Shown here piece by piece: positions 37,432 through 46,752 of a stretch of DNA of 64,000 nt. The notes below the pieces were generated by a model that was not told the DNA's origin, did no database searches, and saw only the letters and a list, made by a program, of their open reading frames with translations. Every line of letters begins with the position of its first letter. The first letter of the stretch is position 1. The position numbers and the translations under genes were made by a program. Source of the DNA: Bdellovibrio sp. ZAP7 (GTDB lineage Bacteria > Bdellovibrionota_B > Oligoflexia > Oligoflexales > RGVZ01); assembly GCA_945900755.1 (NCBI GenBank), contig CAMDKS010000013.1:662-64661 (forward strand), given 5' to 3'.

Positions 37432-37986
37432 TCACTTGAGCATGACGCTACCCATCACTATTTTTTGATAGAGAAAAGTCTTGGCATCCAACTCTGCTTT
37501 TGCCAGATTCTTGGCGTCCTTAACAGGTGCAAAAATTGGGTCTCCTTCCACTCGCAAAATCATAGCATCTAGCACCAAAGAAAGAGACTCCCAGGTAACC
37601 TCATCGTCGCTGTATACGGTCGCTTTATCTATCGTACTATTTTGCTTACGTACATCGGCGAGCTTCTGATGAAACGTCTTAAGGCCCTCTTTAGTATTCT
37701 TAAATGGGAATTTCTGTAGCTGTTCAGGCGCCTTCGTAAAGGAAGTTTGAATCTCCACATTTTCCTTTGAGACGTCAACGCTCACTTGAAAGGCCCTAGT
37801 ATCCTTTTGATCCTCGGGCGGCGCATTCGACAAAAACGGAATCTGAACTTCCAAGATACCAACAGATAAAAATACAGCACTAAACAATAGAAATGTATTA
37901 AGCATGGAAAAGATATCGATGAACGGCATGATGTTCAATTCGATATCTTTATACTCTCCTGGTTTTCTTTTCTTTCTCCTGGACAT
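37432..37986 (-). CDS. aglQ: ExbD/TolR family motor subunit (AglQ-like by position)
   Basis: ELNIMPFIDIFSMLNTFLL with the conserved TM Asp. Confidence 0.75.
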   Translation of the reverse strand: MSRRKKRKPGEYKDIELNIMPFIDIFSMLNTFLLFSAVFLSVGILEVQIPFLSNAPPEDQKDTRAFQVSVDVSKENVEIQTSFTKAPEQLQKFPFKNTKEGLKTFHQKLADVRKQNSTIDKATVYSDDEVTWESLSLVLDAMILRVEGDPIFAPVKDAKNLAKAELDAKTFLYQKIVMGSVMLK

Positions 37987-38043
37987 CCTTGTCCTCCAAT
38001 TATTTTTCTAAGTATCGTTCAAATCAGAAAAGCATTGAATTGA

Positions 38044-38709
38044 TTACTCGCTTCGATCTGAACCGCCGCGGTGAATCTTCATCTTACGGTTGTAGAGCAT
38101 ATGAAGGAGGCGAGCTGAATTCGCATTGATGTCATCGACGATCGATGTCTGCTTGACCATGAGGATACCGAAGGTAAGCAGAATGACGAGAGCTGTTCCG
38201 AGACCATACGAGGTCGCGACGAGTGCTTCCGCGATACCCTCCGCAAGCAACGTAGACTTCTGGGCACCAGTAGCATTCGCTGCAGCAGCAAAAGACTTCA
38301 TCAGTCCAAACAGTGTGCCGAGCAAACCACAAAGAGTGGCAACGTTGGCGGTTGTACCAAGAAAGCCAAGCCATTTAGTGACCTTAGGCACAGCTTCGAG
38401 AGTCGCGTATTCCATAGCCAGCTCGATTTCCTCAACAGAATCGTTGGCACGCATGAGACCTTGAACCAAAACTTCAGGGAGCAGCTTTGGCTTAGCGCGA
38501 CGACAAAGGCGAATGGCATTTTCTATAGAATTATTCATGACCATTTTTTGAATATTACTCATGAAAACAGAGCTATTTGCTAAGTCATACTGTACCCAGT
38601 ACCGAATGACACGCTCACAGATTAGGCCCAGTGAAATAATAGCGGTAATTGTAATGGCCAACATGACCTGCCATCCGCCCTTATGCACTAATTCAACAAT
38701 TTTATCCAT
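38044..38709 (-). CDS. aglR: MotA/TolQ/ExbB proton-channel protein (AglR-like)
   Basis: ANVATLCGLLGTLFGL..SF, K..LLAEGIAEAL.AT.YGL; first gene of the cluster. Confidence 0.85.
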   Translation of the reverse strand: MDKIVELVHKGGWQVMLAITITAIISLGLICERVIRYWVQYDLANSSVFMSNIQKMVMNNSIENAIRLCRRAKPKLLPEVLVQGLMRANDSVEEIELAMEYATLEAVPKVTKWLGFLGTTANVATLCGLLGTLFGLMKSFAAAANATGAQKSTLLAEGIAEALVATSYGLGTALVILLTFGILMVKQTSIVDDINANSARLLHMLYNRKMKIHRGGSDRSE

Positions 38710-38890
38710 TTCGCCGACTCCCTCAACCGATTGAATATTGCTAATATATCGCTTTTACTAATATTTTACGAAATAGAGACCATCACTGTCAATGTTCTGA
38801 GAATTATATTCTTGAGGCTGGAATTAAATTGGACTCTGGTTTAGAATATTACTCATAATAGCCGAATAATGTTGATTAATTAGGCAACCG

Positions 38891-38941
38891 AACTGTGCCA
38901 ATCAACTGTGCCAATCAACTGTGCCAATCAACTGTGCCAAT
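38891..38941. repeat. 13-bp tandem repeat (AACTGTGCCAATC) x3.9 in the aglR/nuoB divergent intergenic region
   Basis: Three full units plus 12 of 13 nt; a degenerate extra copy AACTGTagcGCCAAT at 38955-38969. Confidence 0.95.
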
Positions 38942-38989
38942 TAATAGAGTTGTGAACTGTAGCGCCAATTTGCGGGGAATGCACAAGCC

Positions 38990-39475
38990 ATGAAGCACAA
39001 TCAATCAGACAGCGAACTTCCAATTTTTCTCACCAAGCACAAAGAGCTCGTCGCCTGGGCGCGCAAGAATGCACTGTGGCCATACCCTTTTGGAACAGCC
39101 TGCTGTGGAATCGAGTACATGTCGGTTGTTGGACCTAAATATGATATCGCGCGCTTTGGCGCAGAGGTTGTTCGTTTTTCACCTCGGCAGGCAGACCTGA
39201 TGATTGTCGCTGGAACCATTACCGAAAAAATGGCGCCCGTGATCAAGAAGGTTTACGACCAGATGTCAGAGCCCAAATGGGTCATGGCCATGGGCGCCTG
39301 CGCCTCAAGCGGCGGATTCTATCGTGCGTATCACGTGTTGCAGGGAGTTGACCGCATAATTCCGGTTGACGTCTATGTTGCAGGGTGCCCTCCAACACCA
39401 GAAGCTGTGATAGCAGGACTATTAACGCTTCAAGACAAAATATCTGCGGATGCAAAAAAACCGGTGGAAGTCTAA
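38990..39475 (+). CDS. nuoB: NADH-quinone oxidoreductase subunit B (orphan copy)
   Basis: [42 protein letters not shown]. Confidence 0.93.
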   Translation: MKHNQSDSELPIFLTKHKELVAWARKNALWPYPFGTACCGIEYMSVVGPKYDIARFGAEVVRFSPRQADLMIVAGTITEKMAPVIKKVYDQMSEPKWVMAMGACASSGGFYRAYHVLQGVDRIIPVDVYVAGCPPTPEAVIAGLLTLQDKISADAKKPVEV

Positions 39476-39482
39476 ACCCATT

Positions 39483-40463
39483 ATGCCCTCGAAGTTGCCA
39501 ACCATACTATTTTTCGAAGAACCTAGCTTAAAACCTCTAGGGCCTAAGAACTCGTTGGAAATTGCCGGCTGTGGCTGGGATTGCGTTTTTGAAGATAAAC
39601 TCCCAGCTGCGATTGCGCTCATTAGATCCCAAATTTTTGAAGTGCTTGTTACCAATTCACCAAGCCTTGCATTATTAAACGCGGCAAAAGAAGCCCACCC
39701 CAATATCATCACTATTTTGGTGACTGATGCGCCGATGCATGAGTACACGAAATCTCTGGACTTGCGAGATGTCGAGATCGTAGATCATATTATAGCAAAC
39801 CTTAGTCTGGAATGGACCCTTTCAGAAATTGCCGTAACATTGCAAAAAATCATCCGCAAAGATTTTTTCGGTATTGAAAAATACATTGCTTCGGGTTCTA
39901 TCATTCACTCCATTGAGGTGAAGGGCTCGTCCAATCGCGAAGCTTGTAACAATGCCGTTTCTTCTTGGATAGAATCCTTTGGTCTAAATAGAACTGTGAG
40001 TCGTTTAGCTTCTGGAATTAGTGAAGAATTAGTTATGAACGCGATATTTGATGCGCCCACTGCAGGTGGAAGCGCCAACTACGCCACCTTGCAGCGATCC
40101 CAAGCACGGGAGCTTGTTTCCCAGGATTGTCCCATTCTTCGCTACGGGGCGGATCAACGCCTAGTTGCTATTTCTATCACCGATCCGTTTGGGGCCTTTA
40201 AGCGTGACACTTGGTTTACCTATGCCCGCAAGATACTAAAACGCAATGACGACACCCTGATCGATTCTAAAAGTGGGGGCGCAGGTCTCGGCATTTTTAA
40301 AATTCTTTTTGGCAGCCACGCGATCATATGTAACGTGCAACCAACAAAAATCACCGAGGTTATTGCGTTAATTTCGATCACTCAACCCATACGCGACTTT
40401 GATCACATGCCAAGGTCCATTCACTATTTCAACACAGATTCGCATTCGTTAACGTCTATTTAA
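39483..40463 (+). CDS. Degenerate receiver + HATPase_c (anti-sigma-kinase-like) protein
   Basis: [24 protein letters not shown] boxes; no H-box seen. Confidence 0.6.
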   Translation: MPSKLPTILFFEEPSLKPLGPKNSLEIAGCGWDCVFEDKLPAAIALIRSQIFEVLVTNSPSLALLNAAKEAHPNIITILVTDAPMHEYTKSLDLRDVEIVDHIIANLSLEWTLSEIAVTLQKIIRKDFFGIEKYIASGSIIHSIEVKGSSNREACNNAVSSWIESFGLNRTVSRLASGISEELVMNAIFDAPTAGGSANYATLQRSQARELVSQDCPILRYGADQRLVAISITDPFGAFKRDTWFTYARKILKRNDDTLIDSKSGGAGLGIFKILFGSHAIICNVQPTKITEVIALISITQPIRDFDHMPRSIHYFNTDSHSLTSI

Positions 40464-40491
40464 TTTGTTTTTAAATCTTTCTGGAGTAATC

Positions 40492-41718
40492 ATGTCAAAA
40501 ATCAAAGTAAAAAATCCGGTTGTCGAATTAGATGGTGATGAGATGACTCGAATCATCTGGTCTGAAATTCGAAATAAACTAATTCACCCATTTCTCGACC
40601 TAGAGATTAAATACTTTGACCTTGGTATGGAAAACCGCGACAAAACCGATGACAAAGTGACGATTGAAGCGGCGGAAGCGATCAAAAAATATGATGTGGG
40701 AATTAAATGCGCCACCATTACCCCAGACGAAGCTCGTGTTGAAGAGTTTAAACTTAAAAAAATGTGGAAGAGCCCAAACGGGACGATTCGAAATATTCTT
40801 GGGGGCACCGTTTTTCGCGAGCCAATTATTTGCACCAATGTGCCTCGCATTGTCTCGAACTGGAAAAAGCCAATTGTGGTCGGCCGCCATGCCCACGCAG
40901 ATCAATACAAAGCAACCGACGTAAAGATTCCTGGTGCAGGAAAACTAAAAATGGTTTTCGAGCCCAAAGACGGAGGCGCCGTTCAGACTTGGGAGGTTAT
41001 GGACTTTAAGGAACCAGGCATTGCAATGGGCATGTATAATACTGATGAAAGTATTGAAGGCTTCGCTCGCAGCTGTTTTGCCTACGGTTTAAATCGTAAA
41101 TACCCAGTCTATCTCTCCACCAAGAACACGATTCTCAAAGTCTACGACGGCCGTTTCAAAGATATTTTTGAGCAGGTTTTTCAAAAGGAATTTAAAGATC
41201 AATTTGCAAAGGCAGGTTTAACTTACGAGCATCGCCTGATCGACGACATGGTTGCATCCGTCCTTAAGTGGGAAGGCGGAATACTTTGGGCCTGTAAAAA
41301 TTATGACGGCGATGTGCAATCCGATACGGTGGCTCAGGGCTTCGGGTCTTTGGGACTTATGACCTCTGTCCTTATGTGCCCAAATGGCCGCACAATCGAG
41401 ACAGAAGCGGCACATGGAACCGTGACCCGTCACTTCCGCGAGCACCAAAAGGGAAAACCTACGTCAACAAATCCAATTGCCTCTATTTTTGCATGGACTC
41501 AAGGACTGGCTCACCGCGGCAAGCTCGACGGCACACCGGAAGTAACAGAATTCGCACGAAAGCTCGAGCAAGTCTGCGTGGAGACAGTAGAAGCTGGTCA
41601 CATGACTAAAGACTTGGCCGTTTGTATTCACGGTAATTCTCCTCCAGCCGGTTCCTTTATGAATACCAACGAGTTCCTCAATAAGCTTGCAGAAAATATG
41701 CAAAAGAAAATGCGCTGA
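40492..41718 (+). CDS. icd: NADP-dependent isocitrate dehydrogenase (eukaryote-like type II)
   Basis: [56 protein letters not shown]. Confidence 0.97.
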   Translation: MSKIKVKNPVVELDGDEMTRIIWSEIRNKLIHPFLDLEIKYFDLGMENRDKTDDKVTIEAAEAIKKYDVGIKCATITPDEARVEEFKLKKMWKSPNGTIRNILGGTVFREPIICTNVPRIVSNWKKPIVVGRHAHADQYKATDVKIPGAGKLKMVFEPKDGGAVQTWEVMDFKEPGIAMGMYNTDESIEGFARSCFAYGLNRKYPVYLSTKNTILKVYDGRFKDIFEQVFQKEFKDQFAKAGLTYEHRLIDDMVASVLKWEGGILWACKNYDGDVQSDTVAQGFGSLGLMTSVLMCPNGRTIETEAAHGTVTRHFREHQKGKPTSTNPIASIFAWTQGLAHRGKLDGTPEVTEFARKLEQVCVETVEAGHMTKDLAVCIHGNSPPAGSFMNTNEFLNKLAENMQKKMR

Positions 41719-41752
41719 ACTTACCCTTTAGTAAAATCCGCCAATGAATAAT

Positions 41753-41792
41753 AAAAAGAGAGCGTCGGCCAGCTGCTGATGCTCTCTTTTTT
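41753..41792. terminator. Bidirectional intrinsic terminator
   Basis: AAAAAGAGAGCGTCGGC-cagct-GCTGATGCTCTCTTTTTT between convergent genes. Confidence 0.85.
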
Positions 41793-41806
41793 GTATCGAC
41801 AATGTT

Positions 41807-42709
41807 CTACTTTACGATGTTGGCGTATTCTTCAACCATTGTTGCCAGTACAGATTTAAGCTTTGTCCTTGTAGCTCCTAGCACGGCTCCTGCAACGTTC
41901 GAACGAGACCTCGTCAGAACGACTCCTTTAATTCTGCCTTCGGATTCCCAAAAAAGCACTAAGGAGCTGAATTGCTTTAATGAAGAGTAATTTAGAGGTG
42001 CGACCATGGCATCCACTTGCCAATAGATATTTCGTCCGGCATCCAGCACTCCAAATTTTCCATAATTTTTTGTCGCAAGTAGGTCAAAGCGACTTCCCCA
42101 ATCATATTTTGCTTCTTGTAAATATTCACATTTCCCTTTCGTAGAATTGCGCACTCCTTTAAAGGTGTTGCAAAACGCACTTCCAATATTTGACGCTTTA
42201 TCGAGGGTGCCCGCAGCGGAAATTCCAGCTGCGTAATACATCGTTTGATTGTATTCTTCAAAATACTCCCGAATGCCTCCTGCCCCCATCCCCGCAAGCG
42301 ATGATGCGTTTAAAGCTGCAAATCCACCGAGGTCACAAAGCCAGCGAACTTGGTGCGCAATGGATTGCTGTTGGAAGCTTTTGCCTTTAAGCGCAGTACA
42401 AATTTTATCAAAATTTACTGGGCCATTCGGCTGGGACGGTTCGACCACCGCCACGACACCGGTCGGTGGCTGGGGCAAGACTCCTAGAGTCGTCTCTGCT
42501 TCCATCGCAGGCTCTGGGAGTGTGGTGTCGGTCGCTAGTCCCGTATCAATCGCATAGCCAATGTTGCTCGCGTTTCCTGTGTCGGCATTTGGGATGTGCG
42601 AATCGCCCTTAGTTTTGGCCTGTGAGGAACGATGCCCCGTAGATTTACAAGATCCCAGGATTCCTATTAAAGCAACAGCCACAAAATAATCTCGGGATAA
42701 CGGCTTCAT
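41807..42709 (-). CDS. Hypothetical lipoprotein
   Basis: MKPLSRDYFVAVALIGILGSC lipobox, AAGGAG RBS, Pro/Thr linker, Cys-containing C-terminal domain. Confidence 0.65.
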   Translation of the reverse strand: MKPLSRDYFVAVALIGILGSCKSTGHRSSQAKTKGDSHIPNADTGNASNIGYAIDTGLATDTTLPEPAMEAETTLGVLPQPPTGVVAVVEPSQPNGPVNFDKICTALKGKSFQQQSIAHQVRWLCDLGGFAALNASSLAGMGAGGIREYFEEYNQTMYYAAGISAAGTLDKASNIGSAFCNTFKGVRNSTKGKCEYLQEAKYDWGSRFDLLATKNYGKFGVLDAGRNIYWQVDAMVAPLNYSSLKQFSSLVLFWESEGRIKGVVLTRSRSNVAGAVLGATRTKLKSVLATMVEEYANIVK

Positions 42710-42759
42710 TGATTTTCTCCTTTGCATTGATGTCACAACAACTCCATAAATCTCCTCCA

Positions 42760-42786
42760 TTATCGGTAATAAACGCACTTCCTTAA
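42760..42786 (-). promoter_or_regulatory. Sigma28-like promoter
   Basis: Minus strand TTAAG-N14-ACCGATAA, 50 bp upstream of ATG 42709. Confidence 0.45.
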
Positions 42787-42925
42787 GACCCTGACTGGAT
42801 CTCAACGTTTTTCAATTGATATTTAGCGAAAAAAGGTCCGAAAAATCAATGAATCTACTTGTCGTCAATCAGACGCCAGAAATGCATGCTGAATAGTGCG
42901 CTATTTTTTTCCGCTCGACGATTGT

Positions 42926-43588
42926 TTACTTGTCTGTTTTGACCAGCCACCGGGTGCGGATCCATCGCCCGGCATCCAACTGGCACCAGTCGCCATTAGT
43001 TTTGACATGGACTTCTGTTCCACCCTTTAGGTAGCCGATGATTTTCGAATGCCGATTTGGTTGTGAACGAATCGTCAAGATTGCGGCTTTGATAAAAAAT
43101 GTTTGTGGGCCAGATCCCTGCTTGCTCATGGACCCACTTTCTACATGATCAACCCCTTCGTCGGCTGAATTTGAAGTGGTCTCTTTACTGGTGGCCACTG
43201 GCGATGAATCTGCCGTTGGCTGAGAAACAACTGCCGTAGGCGGCGCGGAGGAGGCCGGCCTTGTCACTTCGGACAAAGTAACTGACTCAGTGTTCACCAA
43301 AGGAACCGTTGGTATAGGGACTACCGCTGGCTGATTCAGACGTTGGTTTGATCCGACCTCGACTTCTTTGGGGTACGCCTTTTGATCTGGATCGATGGCG
43401 GGTATGTCTAGGCGAGTCTGCTGGTTCGTCAAATGATCGGCCGATACTGGGTCAACGGAGCCGTCCTTTGTGCATGCAAATAAGCCGAGCAAGGACGTAA
43501 ATACCAGCTGATGGAAATATCTATATTGAGGGCTTGATCGCCGCCGTTGCCTCGCAAACTGAATTTCAGTCGGATACACTAATTGCAT
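42926..43588 (-). CDS. Lipoprotein with a C-terminal bacterial SH3 domain
   Basis: LFAC lipobox, Ser/Pro/Thr linker, LTIRSQP..SKIIGYL..G..V...GDWCQL..GRWI. Confidence 0.75.
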   Translation of the reverse strand: MQLVYPTEIQFARQRRRSSPQYRYFHQLVFTSLLGLFACTKDGSVDPVSADHLTNQQTRLDIPAIDPDQKAYPKEVEVGSNQRLNQPAVVPIPTVPLVNTESVTLSEVTRPASSAPPTAVVSQPTADSSPVATSKETTSNSADEGVDHVESGSMSKQGSGPQTFFIKAAILTIRSQPNRHSKIIGYLKGGTEVHVKTNGDWCQLDAGRWIRTRWLVKTDK

Positions 43589-43640
43589 TCTGAGGCACCC
43601 CGAATGTTAGAACCAAAAATAGTAGAAACAAACTCAAAAC

Positions 43641-43958
43641 CTAGAGAGCGAAAGCATCGTCGACCATTTTTTTGAGCTTTTCAAGACCTTTAAAGCCTTC
43701 AAAACGCCCCTTTTGCTGTTTCCCTGCGAACACAAAGAATACCGGAAGCACCTCGGTCTCCGCTATCTCCAAAATTTCAGGATGATCGTCTGCACTAATT
43801 TGTCCAAAAACAAGAGCATGCACATTTGCCGCTTCAAGACGCTCAACCGCAGGCACCGACAACTTGCAGGCACCGCAGCCATTTTTCCATAACTTCAAAA
43901 ACACAGCATCACCTGCAGCTAGGTGCGTTTGTAAGTCTTCAGGGGTCCAATTCTTCAT
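43641..43958 (-). CDS. Thioredoxin-family protein
   Basis: WKNGCGACK (CxxC) and LPVF cis-Pro; 105 aa. Confidence 0.85.
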   Translation of the reverse strand: MKNWTPEDLQTHLAAGDAVFLKLWKNGCGACKLSVPAVERLEAANVHALVFGQISADDHPEILEIAETEVLPVFFVFAGKQQKGRFEGFKGLEKLKKMVDDAFAL

Positions 43959-44117
43959 GACGACATCCTCCAAGTAAGTTATAGGCACTGCCAGTTCGGA
44001 GTTCAGTGATATACAAACTAATTTCGTATTTCAATTGATTACGCACATGCCTTATAGTAGCGTGCTCGCGGTCTTAGTAATTTTGCAAAGTACATGCTGC
44101 TCTTTATTTAATCATCA

Positions 44118-44128
44118 CCCCCCCCCCC
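44118..44128. repeat. Homopolymer C11 directly upstream of the ABC binding-protein RBS
   Basis: ...catca CCCCCCCCCCC taggaaag... ATG 44146. Confidence 0.9.
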
Positions 44129-44145
44129 TAGGAAAGATAATATCA

Positions 44146-45486
44146 ATGAAATCAAACCGCTCGTTTTCAGCGCAGAAAAAATGGATTTCGGCCACGTTAA
44201 GCCTTGCTGCCCTTATGTTCACGGCTCCAGTACACGCAGGGGATTCACTGACGATCATTTCTCCACACCGCAAGTCCATTCAAAATGAATATGTGCCGGC
44301 ATTTACAGCTTGGTACAAAGAAAAATATAAGACAGACGTCCTCGTTGATTGGATTGACCAGGGAGGCAGTAACGATGATGTGAAATTCATTAAAGCTAAA
44401 TTTGCGGCCACTCCCAAAACCTCGGGCATCGATATCTTTTGGGGAGGCGGCACAACCACTCACGCAGAGATCGCAAGCGCAAAATTAAGCGATAAACTCA
44501 ACCTCTCTGCTCCCCTAAAAAAGCAATTGCCAAAAGCGATTGGTGGGTCGAATCTTTCAAATGATGAGGGAACTTACATTTCCACAGCTCTGTCTTCTTT
44601 CGGTATTTTTTACAACATTCCGATGCTTGCATTGGAGAAAACCCCGGCGCCAACCACCTGGGAGTCGCTGGCCACAGCACAATACAAAGACAAAATCATC
44701 CTCACGGATTCTCGCAAATCGGGAACGGCGAGCGTTATGAACCATGTTATTCTGGAGAGTGCTGGCTGGGAAAAAGGCTGGGAATTGTTGACCGCCATGA
44801 GCGGAAATGCCCGTCAATTTACGGCCTCTAGTTCCGACGTGATCAAGGCCGTCGTTGCGGGTGACGCTGCGGCAACCCTTGCCATCGATTTTTATGCCCT
44901 TGCTAAAATTGGAGACCTTGGTGCAGATAAACTAGGCTTCGTCCTTCCTACCGGAAAAACGATTATCGAGGGCGATCCCGTTTCCATTCTTAAGGGAGCC
45001 CCTCATCGCCAAGTGGCAGACCGCTTTGTCGAATATATTCTATCTGTCGAAGGCCAAACCATACTGATGCTTAAAAAGGGCGACGTTGGCGGCCCCAAAA
45101 TCGAAACTCTCGCCCGCTTGGCCGTTAACTCTGACGCTTACAAGGCTACGGAAGGAAAACGAGTTAACCCTCTCAATCCAAATACGGTCAAAGGGTTCCT
45201 TAAGTATGACACCGACAAGCAAGCGGCCGTTCGTCACGTTTTAGACGACCTAATTGGCACCCAGTTAGTGGATAGCCACAAAGAACTACGCGCAGCATGG
45301 AGCAAAGTCATTAAAGACGGCGCGAAACCTGCTGACGTTAAATCCATCTCTAAAGCTCCCGTCACTGCAAGCGAGCTGACAACTCTCGCCGCTAAATGGG
45401 ATAATGCCGTATTTAGAAATGAAAAGATCAACGAGTGGGTTAAATTTGCACAGGCCAAGTACGCTAGTGCCGGTAAAGCCAAGTAA
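44146..45486 (+). CDS. ABC transporter substrate-binding protein (Fe3+/thiamine-type cluster)
   Basis: Signal peptide ending VHA; IISPH, DIFWGGG, SSFGIFYN, P.TW..L, GWEKGW, DPVSILKGAP. Confidence 0.85.
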   Translation: MKSNRSFSAQKKWISATLSLAALMFTAPVHAGDSLTIISPHRKSIQNEYVPAFTAWYKEKYKTDVLVDWIDQGGSNDDVKFIKAKFAATPKTSGIDIFWGGGTTTHAEIASAKLSDKLNLSAPLKKQLPKAIGGSNLSNDEGTYISTALSSFGIFYNIPMLALEKTPAPTTWESLATAQYKDKIILTDSRKSGTASVMNHVILESAGWEKGWELLTAMSGNARQFTASSSDVIKAVVAGDAAATLAIDFYALAKIGDLGADKLGFVLPTGKTIIEGDPVSILKGAPHRQVADRFVEYILSVEGQTILMLKKGDVGGPKIETLARLAVNSDAYKATEGKRVNPLNPNTVKGFLKYDTDKQAAVRHVLDDLIGTQLVDSHKELRAAWSKVIKDGAKPADVKSISKAPVTASELTTLAAKWDNAVFRNEKINEWVKFAQAKYASAGKAK

Positions 45487-45644
45487 TCTTACTGAGCGAG
45501 GGATCTTTCGTGGCAAACCTTTTCATGGCCTAACTTTTAGGAACTCTTTCTTGAGGCTTTGAAGGAAATTGTGTTATGAGATTAGTCCCTTAGAATTCCT
45601 ACATCAGTAAATAATGAAGCTATCAGTGCAAGCGGAGCTAATCG

Positions 45645-46748
45645 ATGGAAGTCGTCTTTAAGAATGTCACAAAACGCTACGGAAAAACCGTTGCGGTAGA
45701 AAACTTCAATCTCACGATTGAATCAGGCGCGCTTCATTTTTTATTGGGGCCGTCTGGCTGCGGTAAAACGACAACCCTGCGGATGCTCGCAGGACTTGAA
45801 ACTGTGACTCAGGGTCAAATTCTATTCGATGGAAAAGACGTGACGAAGAGTCCAGCGGCAGAGCGTGGCATTGGCATGGTATTTCAGAACTACGCACTGT
45901 GGCCACACATGACCGTACTAAAAAACATTGAGTACGGATTAAAATTAAGAGGACTTTCCAAAGAGGCCCTAAACGAGCGCGTCAATGAAGTTCTTCAGAT
46001 CACGCAACTCGTGCGTTTTGCAGACCGCCTTCCGGGCCAATTATCAGGTGGCCAACAACAACGTGTGGCCCTAGCTCGCGCATTGGCCATTCGTCCTAAT
46101 GTTTTACTTTTAGACGAACCCCTTTCCAATCTCGACGCAAAACTACGCCACGAGATGCGTGACAATATTTGCCGTATTCACAAACAAACTGGCATTACGA
46201 CTGTTTATGTAACTCACGATCAAAAAGAAGCCCTTAGCATGGGAACCAACATCTCGGTCATGCATTCAGGATCTCTCATTCAAACCGCCCCACCCAGAGA
46301 CCTTTATAACGAGCCTCGGTCGCCGTTTGTCGCAGGCTTCATCGGTGAAACTAACCTCATTGCTGGATCGTTCGCAGGTAGTGACAATAAAGTTGTCGGT
46401 GGCTTGCATAGCGTCAATACTGATTTAGGACTCATTCAAACCACAAGAAAAATTGGCCATTTTAAAGTTGGCGATAAGGTCATGGTTTCTATTCGTCCTG
46501 AAGCTATCGAACTCGCCCTGACGTCAACTCAAAGTGACGTGAATTGTTATGATGTGACCTTAAATTATTTGACCTATTTAGGCGAAAGTGAACAGTTACA
46601 GCTTAGCCGTGGCGACACCTTAATTAAGGCGACACTATTTAACGCCACCACACATCGGCTTACCGACGGCGATGGTGTACGCATTCATTTCCCTGAGCAT
46701 GCGGCCCTTATTCTTCCGCCCGACGATCAGTTAGGCGCGGGGACTTGA
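45645..46748 (+). CDS. ABC transporter ATP-binding protein (FbpC/PotA-type)
   Basis: [28 protein letters not shown]; C-terminal TOBE-like region. Confidence 0.95.
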   Translation: MEVVFKNVTKRYGKTVAVENFNLTIESGALHFLLGPSGCGKTTTLRMLAGLETVTQGQILFDGKDVTKSPAAERGIGMVFQNYALWPHMTVLKNIEYGLKLRGLSKEALNERVNEVLQITQLVRFADRLPGQLSGGQQQRVALARALAIRPNVLLLDEPLSNLDAKLRHEMRDNICRIHKQTGITTVYVTHDQKEALSMGTNISVMHSGSLIQTAPPRDLYNEPRSPFVAGFIGETNLIAGSFAGSDNKVVGGLHSVNTDLGLIQTTRKIGHFKVGDKVMVSIRPEAIELALTSTQSDVNCYDVTLNYLTYLGESEQLQLSRGDTLIKATLFNATTHRLTDGDGVRIHFPEHAALILPPDDQLGAGT

Positions 46749-46752
46749 GGTC

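Noticed and set aside
38842-38868. TAGA-N15-GCCGAATA as a sigma28 promoter for nuoB
   Set aside because: Mismatches in both boxes in an AT-rich context; too weak to call.
30101-38941. 13-bp arrays as CRISPR repeats
   Set aside because: The units are directly adjacent with no spacers, are too short, and there are no cas genes.
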